Assembly: GCF_006345805.1 (NCBI RefSeq)
Contig: NC_043019.1
Coordinates: forward strand, 27,341,360 to 27,405,359
DNA from: Octopus sinensis
Lineage: Eukaryota
Direction: 5' to 3'
DNA: 64,000 bases
Positions 24,859 through 38,237 of the stretch are shown here, one piece after another; the stretch's first letter is position 1, and every line of letters begins with the position of its first letter. The translations under genes and the position numbers were made by a program. The notes beneath the pieces are model-generated. The model saw nothing but the letters and a program-made list of their open reading frames with translations, did no database searches and was not told the origin of the DNA.

Positions 24859-26356
24859 CTGCGGGGGAAAAAAAGGAGAGAATAAAGAAAAGAGCAAATG
24901 AAGAAATAATTACGTCTTTTAATTGATTCCTTACATAGGAAAGGGGCCAGAAATGTGTGACACACACAGATTCATGTATACTCAGATACACACATGGATA
25001 CACAGATGCACACAGCCACATACACACACACAAATACAGACATGCATAGATGCACACACACAAACACATACATGCGCACACAGATACATAGATACACACG
25101 CATACAGATACGTACACATACACATGCAGATACACACATGTACAAACACAGATACATACACATACAGACATGCACACACACACAGATATGCGCATTTACA
25201 CATGATGCAATGATCCAACTCTGAGGGGGGGGAAAAGGAGAAAATAAAGAAAAAAGCAAATGAAGAAATAATTATGTCTTTTAATTGATTCCTTACATAG
25301 GAAATGGGTTATAAATTTGTAGGGGACAGAGAAGGAAAGGGAAGAAATACTTGACAAAATCAATCCCTAATATTAATAACAGGTGTATCTTTTTTATCAT
25401 CATCATCATTTAATGTCCATGTTCCATGCTGGAATGGGTTGGATGGTTTGACAAAATTCCATGAGTCCAAGGACTGCATCATGCTCTGGTGTCAACACTG
25501 GCAAGGTTTCTACAGCTGGAAACCCTACCTAACACCATCCACTTTACAACATGCATTGAGTGGGTTTTTTTTTTTTTTGTGCCACCAGCACTACTGAGAT
25601 CACCATGCAGCTCACAAATCTACAAACCCCAGGGGAGATTGGGAGGTAGTGGGGTCAGCATTATGCTAGGGGATGAGAGATTAAAGTACACAAGAAGGGA
25701 GTCATAGCAGGTTTTTGAAGAAGAGCTGCAGTTACTAACATGTAACATGATTACTCACATGTGGCATGGTTACTCATATGTGGTGTGGTTACTCACATGT
25801 GGCATGGTTACTCACATGTAGCAGGAGAGAGAGAGAGAGGTGATCAGTAGGTGTATGATCTTTTACTGATCATAAAGGTATAAAAAATCAAACTGACCTG
25901 ATAGTATTTGAACCCCAAATCTACAGACTTGTAACTAAACTCTACAAGCTATTTTATCAAGTCTTTTACTATTTCTGCTAATTCACAGTTTATTTCTATC
26001 ACATTTTATTTGTTAAATCAATTATTTCATTTATCATATCATTTCAATTATTATTCTCACTCAGTACATTAAATTATGGAGGACAATTTGACCATGTACT
26101 TAAGTCCAGAGCCTTGATATATCTGATGAAGCCATGGCCTTGACTTCTACATGTCCAAGGTGATGCATAGTAGGACTGAACCAGAAACCAAATGGTTTGG
26201 AAGCAAACTTCTTAACCATAAAACCTAAAAGATCATGACGCCAAGCTAAAATGGATCGGTATCACTCCTCTAGGCACCAAATTATCTAGAAGGTTGGATA
26301 TTTTGAAAGAGAAGACTAATGGTTAATGACAAACACACACAAATCTTTAATCTCAC

Positions 26357-26424
26357 CTGCCAGCCTAAATCTTCAAAGTCAACATACATTGTCTTTCTTC
26401 GACAGACTGGTCGTACATAACGTC
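26357..26424 (-). CDS. BMP5-8: BMP5-8/gbb-like mature-domain exon (RYVRPVCRRKTMYVDFEDLGWQ); not in the ORF track
   Basis: First cystine-knot Cys and YVxFxDLGW motif; acceptor ttctag, donor CAG|GTGAGA; phase 1 in, phase 0 out. Confidence 0.93.
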
Positions 26425-26870
26425 CTAGAAGAAGAGAAGAGAGAGAGAGAGAAACGTGTAGAACAAGACGTTGATAATCACCAATATTATTATTATTATA
26501 TTATTATTATTATTATTATCATCATAGGATGGTAGGCCCACATAACCAACTGACCAACTCACTTCTGTTGTCCAATGCCAATATTTGAATAGACCATCAT
26601 CACATCATCATCATCATCATCGTCATTTAATATCCATGTTCTGTACTGGCATGAGTTGGACAGTTTGACAAAGATCTGCTGGGTTCTAGGGCTGCACTGC
26701 ACTCCAGTGTCTGCTTTGACATGGTTTCTATGGCTTGATGCCCTTCCTAATACCAACCATTTTACATCGTGTACTGGATGCTTTTTGGTGCTTCTGGCAC
26801 TATTGAGAGTGTGATGTAGCTCACAAGATTACAAAACTCAAGGAAGGTGAAAAGTGAGCATCCTTCTATT

Positions 26871-27283
26871 GTGTCCCCAAAGTCCATCCCCTCCTCACCG
26901 TGGTGGGGACGCTGGCAACGGGTAGCATCAGAGCTATGCCGTCGGGAACTTCGGTTCCTGGTAGGGCCACCCAAGGCAGATTGGTCTGACACCGAGTGGT
27001 ATTAGGGCCACAACCCGGCAGACGGGGCTCTGGTGAAAATCCTCGGAGTGTCTGTTTCAGCAACCGGCGGCTCCTCGGTCGTTCTGCCCCTGCGTCTGCA
27101 GACAATCTGCGGCAAACAGGATGTCTCACATGTAGGATTGTTGGGGACCGCTTGTCAAATCCACATATTCCCACGAAACTTCTTCCATGATTTCCCAATG
27201 GCGAATACAATGCCTCTAGGGTGGTGGAAGAAGCCGACTCAACCCGCCCCAGGGTGAATGTCGCCACAAGTAAAGTAAGTAAG
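26871..27283 (+). mobile_element. Short RTE-derived element (RTE-like 5' leader, (TAAG)n-like tail) in a BMP intron
   Basis: GAGCTATGCC...GGTAGGGCCACCCAAGGC resembles RTE/BovB/Rex3 5' ends (recalled, not searched); ends caagtaaagtaagtaag. Confidence 0.6.
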
Positions 27284-27652
27284 ATGGTGATTGAAGCATG
27301 CAACAAGAGGTTCATGTTGTACAGGAGATACATGGCTACTTACATTTAGGAAAGAGAGTAAGAATGAATTGGTGATACATAGTGGTATTGTGAAAGAGAT
27401 AAATGGCAATGGAAAAAATCCCTACAACATGCAATCATTTAGCTCCTTCCAAGATCACAGCTGTTTATGGGAGGAGCAGATACATATGCTACAGAGTAAA
27501 CTAAATTCAGAGATATTGACATTGTGGATCTAGACTAGACATCATTCTATTTTTAAATCTCACAATGTGAAATAGTCCACAACAGTACTTTGTAGTAAAG
27601 ATTGCTTGCCAACATAACATGGCAGTCCTGGGGGTCCACAAGCAAGATATGG

Positions 27653-28054
27653 GGATCTTTTCGGTTTGAACAGCAGTTTTTAACATAATTTCTAGGTAAC
27701 TAAAACATTTTAAACTTCGTATACTGGTAGAATGTGTTTATAAAACATCTTTTTTCTCTTGGATTTATTGAGAAAATTCTATAGTTTGTAAGATATTTGT
27801 TGTGTTTTTTCTGCAATTTCAACCAATCAATGGCGTGTATTGAGGTAAAAAACATTCTGTGCCGTATGAATATGTCCCTCGTTTAAGAAACAGATTGGGT
27901 TTATTTACATTTGTGAAGAAAAAAAAGATACCCTTCCCTCCACCCCTAACCCTAAAACATTGAAATATAATAGAACGATACTAGGGTCATAATTATGGGT
28001 GACAATTTCATATGACACTGCTAGAAAAAACTGCTGTTCAAACCGAAAAGATCC
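27653..28054 (+). mobile_element. Same MITE family, copy 2
   Basis: TSD AGATATGG at 27645-27652 and 28055-28062. Confidence 0.92.
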
Positions 28055-28153
28055 AGATATGGTTGGGAACCTCTGGTCTAAACAATGGGCCACCATATGA
28101 CTTTACGACTGCAACCTCAACGAAAAACATGGCATAGAAAATAAATAACTAAC

Positions 28154-28348
28154 GTGTTCGTCTCCACGTCCAATGAGAATCATCACGATGTGAAACTGCT
28201 GTACGAGTATCCATTTGCCGCCGTGCAGAACGTGTTCGTCGTACATGAAGCTGTTGACTCATCTTGAAAAAGCAGACCAAAAATGCCTGTTTATCAGGGT
28301 CTCCTCTATGTCCTACAATACCGATATGGTTGGGTCTTAATTCTTGAC
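28154..28348 (-). CDS. BMP5-8: BMP5-8/gbb-like exon containing the furin site (QELRPNHIGIVGHRGDPDKQAFLVCFFK...RRTRSARR)
   Basis: GxxGxxGxxxKQxFxVxFFK motif and RXXR cleavage site; acceptor ttgtag, donor C|GTTAGT; phase 1/1. Confidence 0.92.
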
Positions 28349-28448
28349 CTACAACAATGGAAAGAAAAGAAAAGTAAATATGGGTCAATAAATGGAACAG
28401 TAAATCAAAAAAGGAAAAGAACATTTATTTTTTAAATAAACGGTCTAA

Positions 28449-28660
28449 AGCATCCTTCAAAACTTCCATGCTTCCTGAGATTCACCAACACTACACCTGA
28501 TTTTCTCCCCTCCATACACACACAAGCATCTATCTGACTCATACACTGTTCGCTTTCCAGACATTTGTACATTACTGCATATACTTTATACGCACTTTCT
28601 GACAAGTTGTGGTGCACCTGAGCACTGTATACAATAATTTCATTATTATTATTATTATTT
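28449..28660 (+). mobile_element. Second, shorter 3' fragment of the same CR1/L2-group LINE
   Basis: Near-identical to 519-710, including the (ATT)n tail. Confidence 0.85.
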
Positions 28661-29384
28661 TAAAAATTAAACAACAAGCATGGTTGTGTGGTAAGCAGCT
28701 TGCTTCCCAACCACATGGTTCTAGGTTCAGTCCCATTGCATGGCACCTTGACCATGTGCCTTCTACTATAGCCTCAAGCTGACCAAAGCCTTCTAAATAG
28801 ATGTGGTAAACAGAAACTGAAAGAAGCCCATCATATATATATGTGTGTGTGTGTATGTGTGTGTATTTGAACAGATCTTCAAACATCAATCTCTGTAGGA
28901 GAGTGTAAAAAGGCGGTGAACACCTGTTCTGAGGAAGCAATAAAAAGAACAGCCCCACCACCAAAGAAAACATAAAAACGGAGGGTGGATGAAGAAACAG
29001 CAGTAATGAGGTGGGGTGAGAGGAGTGGGGTTAGCTGGACTTTTGTTGCCAAGTCAACTTTGCCAGTTGGGGGACAGAGAATCAAATACACACCCACTCA
29101 CACATACACACTCTCTCTCTCACACACACACACACACTCATCAGCCTTACCTACTCCCCCTGAGACACACACACACACACACACATACAGTATGTAGGTA
29201 AATAGACATGATTTACGAGCGCCACCAGTCAATGGAGGGTTAGTACATTAAACCAGGGTGGGTGGGGACACTTAAAAGGGACCCCCTACATGAAATTCCC
29301 CATAGACTAATGGCCAACTTGACCCTCCTTACGCTGACCCTAATTTTGTATTTTGACAGCCTGACACAATAAATACACTGTGCA

Positions 29385-29419
<35 letters not shown>

Positions 29420-30184
29420 GTATGTATGCTAACATATATGTGTTTATGTGAGCATTTATGGAAGTGGATAAATATATTCAGCTGCATGTGTGTGTGTTCC
29501 TTCAACCTATACTCTTTTACTTGTTTCAGTCATTTGACTGTGGCCATGTTGGAGCACCGCCTTTAGTCGAGCAAATCGACCCCAGGACTTGTTCTTTGTA
29601 AGCCTAGTACTTATTCTATCGGTCTCTTTTGCCGAACCGCTAAGTTACGGGGACGTAAACAAACCAGCATCGGTTGTCAAGCGATGTTGTGGGGACAAAC
29701 ACAGACACACAAACATATACACACACACATACACAAATATATATATATATAATATATATATATATATATTTCTTTCCTTTCTCCCAGTATGCTTTTATTT
29801 ATATATATATATATATATACGACAGGCTTCTTTCAGTTTCTGTCTACCAAATCCACTCACAAGGTTTTGGTCGGCCCGAGGCTATAGTAGAAGACACTTG
29901 CTCAAGGTGCCACACAGTGGGACTGAACCTGGAACCATGTGGTTGGGAAGCAAACTTCCTATGTCTATGTACTAATATATATGTGAATGTATGAGAGTGG
30001 ATGTACATGTATTCAGTAGTGTGTGTGTGTGCACATGTACTAACATAGGTGAGCCTTTATGTGTGTGAATGATATATCTGTACAAGGATGTACATGTATT
30101 ATATAGTAAATGTGTGTGTGTATATATGTATTACTAGATGAATATTTAGATGTAAGTGAATAACAAGGAACAAAAAGGACCCAC

Positions 30185-30336
30185 CTGTGCTCATGTCAGT
30201 GATTTTGAGGTAAAGACCCATATTGGAAGCTGGCATGATGGTCCAAGAGTCTGCAGCATTGGTAACATTCATTAAGATCCAACCTTCAAAGTCAGAAGAC
30301 ACCAAATGATTGGTTTCAGGAACCAAAATCTTGTCT
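30185..30336 (-). CDS. BMP5-8: BMP5-8/gbb-like prodomain exon (DKILVPETNHLVSSDFEGWILMNVTNAADSW...NMGLYL)
   Basis: EGWxxxxVT...W...NxGL motif; acceptor ttttcag, donor G|GTGGGT; phase 2 in, phase 1 out. Confidence 0.9.
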
Positions 30337-33300
30337 CTGAAAAAGAAAACAAAATTCTTAACTAAACACAAAATGGTTGGAAGCAACATTTTAAAAGAAG
30401 AACAAACGAGATGCTGTGATGTTCATGCCTTTCTTCTAATGAACAGTATTAGTAACATAAGGAAACTAACATAAGCTAGTCAGGTAACTTTATAATTAGT
30501 CAACCAGTGAAGTACCCCCACAATGAACTCAACCCTTTTATTTTAATATTGTAGGGACGGGGGTAGAGAATAGGTTTTTGATTTCCCAATCTCAAGATGG
30601 CGAAAAAAGTTCCCAAATCAAGTGTGTTTAGTAGCTCTGGCTGGATATATGATTCAGAATTAGACAAAAGCCAAAAGACAGAGACAGGTGAGAGAACAAT
30701 AGACAGGTGGATCTGATTGATGCTCAGCAAAAATGCAAGAAGCCTTTGATGTTTCAAGCCTACACATTTCTGGATATCTCTACTGATGAAATCCTGAAGT
30801 TCAGCCTAAACTTACTGGCTAACTAGCACACACGCATGCACACACACACACACACACACAGCTTAAATTTTGTAATTCTGATCTGCTGACTTAAATCCTT
30901 AAAAATGTTTTAGCCCGAAGGCCGCAGCAATGCTGGGGCACCACCGCTGTGAAGACTTTTCCCAAGATGTTTGGTCTTCTGTCATCTGTATCTGGACAAT
31001 GATTAGAATGTGCAGTTTAGTGATTGTCTGTATCAGCATGGACTGGAGTAGAAAGACAGAGAAGAAGAGAGAGGAGAAAAGGGAGAGACAGAGAAATGTA
31101 GAAAGAGGGAAGGAGAGGGATAGAGAAAGAGAGAAAAAAACAGAGACAAAGGGAGAGAGAGAGAGAGAAAGAAAGAGATGAATGTTGGAATCTAGGTTCA
31201 GTCCCATTGCATGGCACCTTGACCATGTGTCTTCTACTATAGCCTCAGGCTGACCAAAGCCTTGTAAATAGATTTGGTAAACAAAAACTGAAAGAAGCCC
31301 GTCATATATATATGTGTGTGTTTGTGTATGTGTGTGTGTGTGTGTTTGTGTATGTGTGTGTGTGTGTGTGTGTGTATTTAAACAGACACTGATTTAAGTG
31401 AAAGGAAGCAAATGGAGACTGAAGTGAATTGTTGAAAACCATGGAACTTCCTTTTGAGTATTTTGAACCGAAGATGCTTGGAATGGGTGGAAGAATACGA
31501 AAATAGAAGATGGTGTTGCTTCTTAGAATCACTGGCAGAATGTTCTAAATGTTGCTTGTAGCAAAGGTTGTTAAAGCAAAGAAACAAAATGGAATCAAAA
31601 GAAACAACAACAATAACAACAACAACAAGAGCAGTTGATGAAGATGAAACTGTTCCGAGATACCGAAACATCCAGACACTTTGTAACGAGGCGGGAGAGG
31701 GAGGGGCAGTATCAGTAGACAAAGGAAGTGGTTAAGTACGGTGATTGGGTGGGGGTGGGGGGGAATAGAGAATTTGGTTAATTCTTCTTGGGAATAAGTT
31801 TTATTCTTCTTCTTTGCAACCAAGGACTACAATAACAGATGTCTTGTTGCTAAGGAGAGATGCACACAGTCTTTCTGTTAACAGCTCATTTTTTACCAGA
31901 CACTGTGAAAGGAGCAGAAAGACACACAGACAGACACCGCAAACACACACACACACAAACCACTAACACGTGAACACCATCAACATATACTCATAATACT
32001 AAAAGAACACTAACACACACACCACTTTCACACCGACCTCTGTTAAAGGAACGATAACATACATAGATAACACACATAGGCGCAGAAGTGGCTGTGTGGT
32101 AAGTAGTTTGTTTACCAACCACATGGTACCGGGTTCAGTCCCACTGCGTGCCACCTTGGGCAAGTGTCTTCTACTATAGCCTCGGGCCAACCAATGCCTT
32201 GTGAGTGGATTTGGTAGACGGAAACTGAAAGAAGCCCGTCGTATATATGTATATATATGTATATGTGTGTGTGCGTGTATGTTTGTGTTTGTCCCCATAG
32301 CATTGCTTGACAACCGATGCTGGTGTGTTTACGTCCCCGTCACTTAGCGGTTCGGCAAAAGAGACCGATAGAATAAGTACTGGGCTTACAAAGAATAAGT
32401 CCCGGGGTCGAGTTGCTCGATTAAAGGCGGTGCTCCAGCATGGCCGCAGTCAAATGACTGAAACAAGTAAAAGAGTAAAGAGTATAGATACATTACATAC
32501 ATCACTTATACATATGCACACACTTACACATACACACACAAGAATCAACAGACACTATCAAAGGAGCACAAACGCATACACACACAGACACACACACACA
32601 CTTTGCTGACAAACCACCAACACACAGATGCTATGAAAGGAGCACTAACTCATTGCAAACACACACACACTACTGTCATATACACACACACACTCCACTT
32701 TCACACACACTAACACATACTCCAGTATCAACCAACACTATGAAAGGAGCACCAATGATACACACACACACACACATGTTCATTCATACACCGTTAGAGG
32801 AACACCAACACTTAAACACACACACACAAGAATCAACAGACACTATCAAAGGAGCACAAACGCATACACACAGAGACACACACACACACTTTGCTAACAA
32901 ACCACCAACACACAGATGCTATGAAAGGAGCACTAACTCATTATAAACACACACACTACTGTCACATACACACATTCCACTTTCACACACACACACACGA
33001 GGGGGGGGTGCTGAAAAGTTCCTGGTCTTAAGGGTACCACGAAAGGCCTGGTTAGGGGCCCAAACTTGCAAGTTCTTTGACAGAGCTTAGTAAAACTGAA
33101 GGACCACTGCAATAAGTGTGTGTGTGTCTGAGAGGGAGATATGTTGAACAAAATCATAACTGATTCTCCTATATTTTTATTTTACCCAAAGTCAGGAACT
33201 TTTCCGCATCCCTCATATATATATATATATATATAATCAAAATAAGCAACAAGGATATCCAAGGTAGAGTAGCACAATTGTTTCATGCTACTTCATTTTA

Positions 33301-33535
33301 TTAAACATTTTATTAAAAACTGTGTCGGTGGCACGTAAAAAGCACCCACTACACTCACGGAGTGGTTGGCGTTAGGAAGGGCATCCAGATGTAGAAACAC
33401 TGCCAGATCTGACTGGGCTTGGTGCAGCCTTCGGGCTTCCCAGATCCCAGTTGAACCGTCCAACCCATGCTAGCATGGAAAGCGGACGTTAGACAATGAT
33501 GATGATGTAAGTATTACATCCCTCATATATATATA

Positions 33536-33752
33536 TGAGGGGTGCTGAAAAGGTCCTGATTTTAGGAGTATCAATAAAGGTCTGGTTGGAGGCCCAAATT
33601 TGCGTGTTCTTTTACAAGGCTTAGAAAAACTGAAGGACCATTGCATTAAGTGTGTCAATCTGAGAGTAGATTATGTTGGATAAAATCATAATTAACTGAT
33701 CCACCTGTGTTTTCTTTTACCTGAAGCCAGGAACTTTTCAGCACACCCTTGT
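33536..33752. mobile_element. ~215-bp mariner-like MITE; other copies 6566-6777, 32998-33215, 47652-47867, partial 48575-48740
   Basis: TIR GAGGGGTGCTGAAAAGTTCCTG / CAGGAACTTTTCAGCACCCC in TA context. Confidence 0.75.
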
Positions 33753-34784
33753 ATATACTAACACACATGTACACACTTACACACACACAAGAATCAACAG
33801 ACACTATCAAAGGAGCACTCACACACACACAGAATTGCCAGAAAAACAACTCCTACACACATACACATCCCACAGCTGCATACACCATTATCATTTTGGT
33901 CAATACAGGAGCTTCCACATGGCTATGCCAACCCCCTAGAAATAGCAGCCAGACAGACCCTTTATCATCTTAGATGTGCTCCTGGGTTTCTTGTACATAG
34001 GAAAATGATGGGATGGTCACGGTCAGAATATGCTTTTGATCATATGTTGGCCTGTTCAGGCCTAACCTAGGGCTAAACAATAATAATAACAACACACTCG
34101 CCAATATTACACAGAATCACTGCCAAACCAGACCAGATTTTCACTGCCTCCACCACCACCACTACAACCACGACCACCACCACCTAGTCTTTCGAGGAAA
34201 TATGTATACACACACACACAAACACAAAAACACACACAGAATGGTAATATATACATGTACATAATACAGATCCCCCCCACTCCTCTCTCTCTCTTTCCCA
34301 TACACACACACACACGCGCAATACAATAAACAGACATAGATACACAAATTTATACTCATTCTCTCACACAGAACTACACAAAGCTATACACACACACACA
34401 CACACTTACACTCCATGTTTTCCAATTATAATTTCAGACATGTCTTACTAATTACACAGACATACTTTTACCGATGGAACTACAACAGCATGAAGTACCA
34501 TCATCACCACCACCACCACCACCACCACCACCACCACCACCACCACCACCACCACCACTAACACCTACCACTACCGCTGCCACCACCACCACCACCACTA
34601 CCACCGCTGCTGCTGTCTACACTAACTTATAAAAACAATATCTAAGTTACTTCAGGAATGTACCAAACTCCCCAAGACACACCATTCTACAAGACTTAGT
34701 GGAAAATGAGAAAAGAAGAAGAGCAAGCGGGTGAGGTGGGGGTGAAGTTGGCTGTTTTTAAATAGCTTCTCTTTCTCTTTTCTT

Positions 34785-34853
34785 ATGTGTGTGTCTGTAT
34801 GTGTATATATATATATATATATATATACATAATGTATGTATGTGTGTATCTAT

Positions 34854-34899
<46 letters not shown>

Positions 34900-35016
34900 A
34901 TACATATATGTGTATATGTGTGTGTGTGTATATATATATTATATAATATATATATATATATATATCTATATATATATATACATATGTATGTATGTGTGTA
35001 TCTATGTATGTGTGTG

Positions 35017-35056
<40 letters not shown>

Positions 35057-35065
35057 ATACATATA

Positions 35066-35101
<36 letters not shown>

Positions 35102-35153
35102 CATAAGTATGTATGTGTGTATCTATGTATGTGTGTGTATATATATATATATC

Positions 35154-35186
<33 letters not shown>

Positions 35187-35191
35187 ATATA

Positions 35192-35229
<38 letters not shown>

Positions 35230-35232
35230 ACA

Positions 35233-35277
<45 letters not shown>

Positions 35278-35280
35278 ACA

Positions 35281-35321
<41 letters not shown>

Positions 35322-35324
35322 ACA

Positions 35325-35363
<39 letters not shown>

Positions 35364-35422
35364 TTATTTATGCATATATACATTTATGTATATGTGTATC
35401 TATCTATCTGCCTGTGTGTATA

Positions 35423-35470
<48 letters not shown>

Positions 35471-35539
35471 CATATGTACAAGTGTCTATGTATATATATA
35501 TATATATATATATATTTATGCATGTGGTTGTGTGTGTGT

Positions 35540-35579
<40 letters not shown>

Positions 35580-35580
35580 A
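34785..35580. repeat. Compound (TA)n/(TG)n microsatellite; similar tracts at 18420-18755, 20210-20430, 20820-21070, 23100-23225, 43945-44205
   Basis: Direct reading. Confidence 0.97.
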
Positions 35581-35856
35581 GTGTATGCATGAACAGCAAT
35601 ATCCTGTTAGTGTTATTCATTTTCATTGGCTGAAAGGAAGAGGAGTGGGAGAAGTAATTCAGAGGCTGACAAAAAAATAAACATCCTAGCATTATTAACT
35701 CTTCAGTTATTGCTTCCCTTATGTACAGAGTTCAAATCCCACGAGGGTCAATTGACATTTACCATGAATCCGGCAACTCCACTGTCCAAAGAAGATGCGG
35801 CTTTGTGATCGGTTGAAGGAATAAATATAACAGTCAGCTTCTCCATCAGTCTATAT

Positions 35857-36341
35857 CAGTGCTTCCCAACTGGGAGCCATATGGCCCCTGAGGGTCTATA
35901 GAAGATTTTGTGGGTTCCACACATCAAAATAGTAAATTGGGAATCCACAATAGTATCTTAAAGGCCCCTGAAAAATATTGCAAGGAACAGCTAGGTTCCT
36001 TTCTCTAACATTTTACATGGTTCAATGGGAATTTTCAAAGAAGTTTCTATAAAACAAGGTTTTAAGCATTGAATGGTTGTGGGGTTCCACCAGACTAAAA
36101 TTGCAAACAAAGGGGTCTGTAGATAACAAAATGATTGAGAACTCCTGCTTTAGATGTATGTGTTGGTATGTATTGCAAGAAACAGCTAGGTTTCTTTCTC
36201 TCACATTTTACACAGTTCAACCTGCACAAGTTGATGTATAAAAAACAAAATAGGAATTTCGGAAGAAGATGGCTATGGGGTCCACCAGAATAAAATGGTA
36301 ATCAAAGGGGCCCATAGATAAAAAATGGTTTAGAACCCCTG
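35857..36341. mobile_element. hAT-like non-autonomous element
   Basis: CAGTG...CCCCTG termini; 8-bp TSD GTCTATAT/ATCTATAT; internal duplication. Confidence 0.7.
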
Positions 36342-37773
36342 ATCTATATTGACATGGGTTAAATAAAAACAACACTTATGCGAATGTGTGAAAATGATCA
36401 GTACAGAAATAGCTGGTGTCCTTCCTCAGCATGACCACCTCCTCTGAGCATTATGGAAGGTATTACTATGCGTGAGCTCCCAAAGGACTTGAAGCAATGT
36501 CCAATCCATGCCAGCATGGAAAAACGGACGTATGATGATGATGATGATGACGATGATGATTATGATTATCAACAACAACAATAACATGCCAAGAACTGGG
36601 GCAGCATGTACAATGGATAATGTAGTGTCCCACTGAGATACGAAGGACTGAAATTAAGACAGGGTCGTCATGGGTGGAACACTTTGATCACCTGTCTGCT
36701 TGACTAAACTGGGGCTAATCAACAACAACAACACCTTCTCCCACTCTTCTTCAAAACAACCAAACTGCAGTAGAAAGTGTAAGAATTTGTAGGAGGAGGG
36801 GGGGGGAGATAAAAGAAGAAAAAAAAATCAAGACTAGAAAACAAAACAAAAAAAGTACAAATAAAACTACAAACAAACAAGAAAGACCACGGGGGAGGGG
36901 GAAGGTGGGAGGATGCAGAGAAGTTTGGGACTCTTCACAGCTGACATGTGAAGTTAATTAATCAAATGTGACAGATCAAAGGGTAAAGCAGGGTGCCGCG
37001 AAAAGAGGAGGTGGAGGAGGAAAGGGAGGACACCTGTCCATGTGTGTGTGTGTGTGTGTTTGTAATATGCCTGTATGTGTGTGTCTGTGTGTGTGTATGT
37101 GTGTGTGTATATACAGCTTGTTGTATTTAAGGGTAAGAAGTCATTACATAGCAATGCGTGTATGTATACCATGTTTAAGTAATAGATATGCATGTGTGCG
37201 TGTATGTGTGCGCATGTGTGTGTGTATACAAGCTTCTATAAATGTGTGTTGTAGATATGTGTATAATATATAGTTGTGAGTATATTTGCATGTATATACA
37301 CATGTATTAGTATATATATATATATATATCAATGTGTGTGTGTTTGTAATATGCTTGTATGTGTGTGTATATAGAACCTGTGTTTGAGAGTAAGAAGTCT
37401 TTACAGAGTAGTATCTGTGTGTGTGTATACAATGTTTAAGTTATAGATGTGTGTGTGTGTGGTGTGTGTGTATACAAGCTTATATGAATGTGTGTTGTAG
37501 ATATGTGTATTTGTGAATATATTTGCACGTATATACATATGTATTAGTATATATCAGTGTGTGTATGTGTGGTGTTCCATCACAGACAGTTGCATGCCTC
37601 TGTATATTATGTATAAATATGGGGAAACAAGTGCAAGCAATATTAGTGTATGGAATCGGATAAGAAGATGAGGAGGAAATGATGGAAGGGAAGAGAAGAG
37701 AGACTGGGAGCTGGGGGAGAGAATGGAAACAACAACAAAGACTACACACGCACAAATGTCTGTATATAGATAT

Positions 37774-37806
<33 letters not shown>

Positions 37807-37812
37807 TATACA

Positions 37813-37868
<56 letters not shown>

Positions 37869-38194
37869 GCAGTCTATGTGTGTGTTTGAAAGAGCAGAGA
37901 GAGATAGAGTGAGAAGTTGAGGTAGAGACAAAGTAATAATAGAGAGGCAGATAGATGTAAGGAACATAGTGATGATGGTTGTGGTGGTGGTGGTGGTGGG
38001 AGGTGGAATAGGAATCAATAAGGCGTGGGCTGGTAGAGGACATGGGTAAAGGGGTTAGATGTTAGAGAGGAAGAAAGGAAGGAAACCAACAGGCATGTGT
38101 ACGTGTTTGAGTATGTATGTATGTATGGGTGTGTGTGTGTGTATGTATGTATGTATGTATGTATGGGTGTGAGTGTGTGTATGTATGCATGTAT

Positions 38195-38237
<43 letters not shown>

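Noticed and set aside
26866-27333. 155-aa minus-strand ORF with a signal-peptide-like start
   Set aside because: Antisense of the RTE-derived element; no recognisable domain, and it overlaps repeat boundaries
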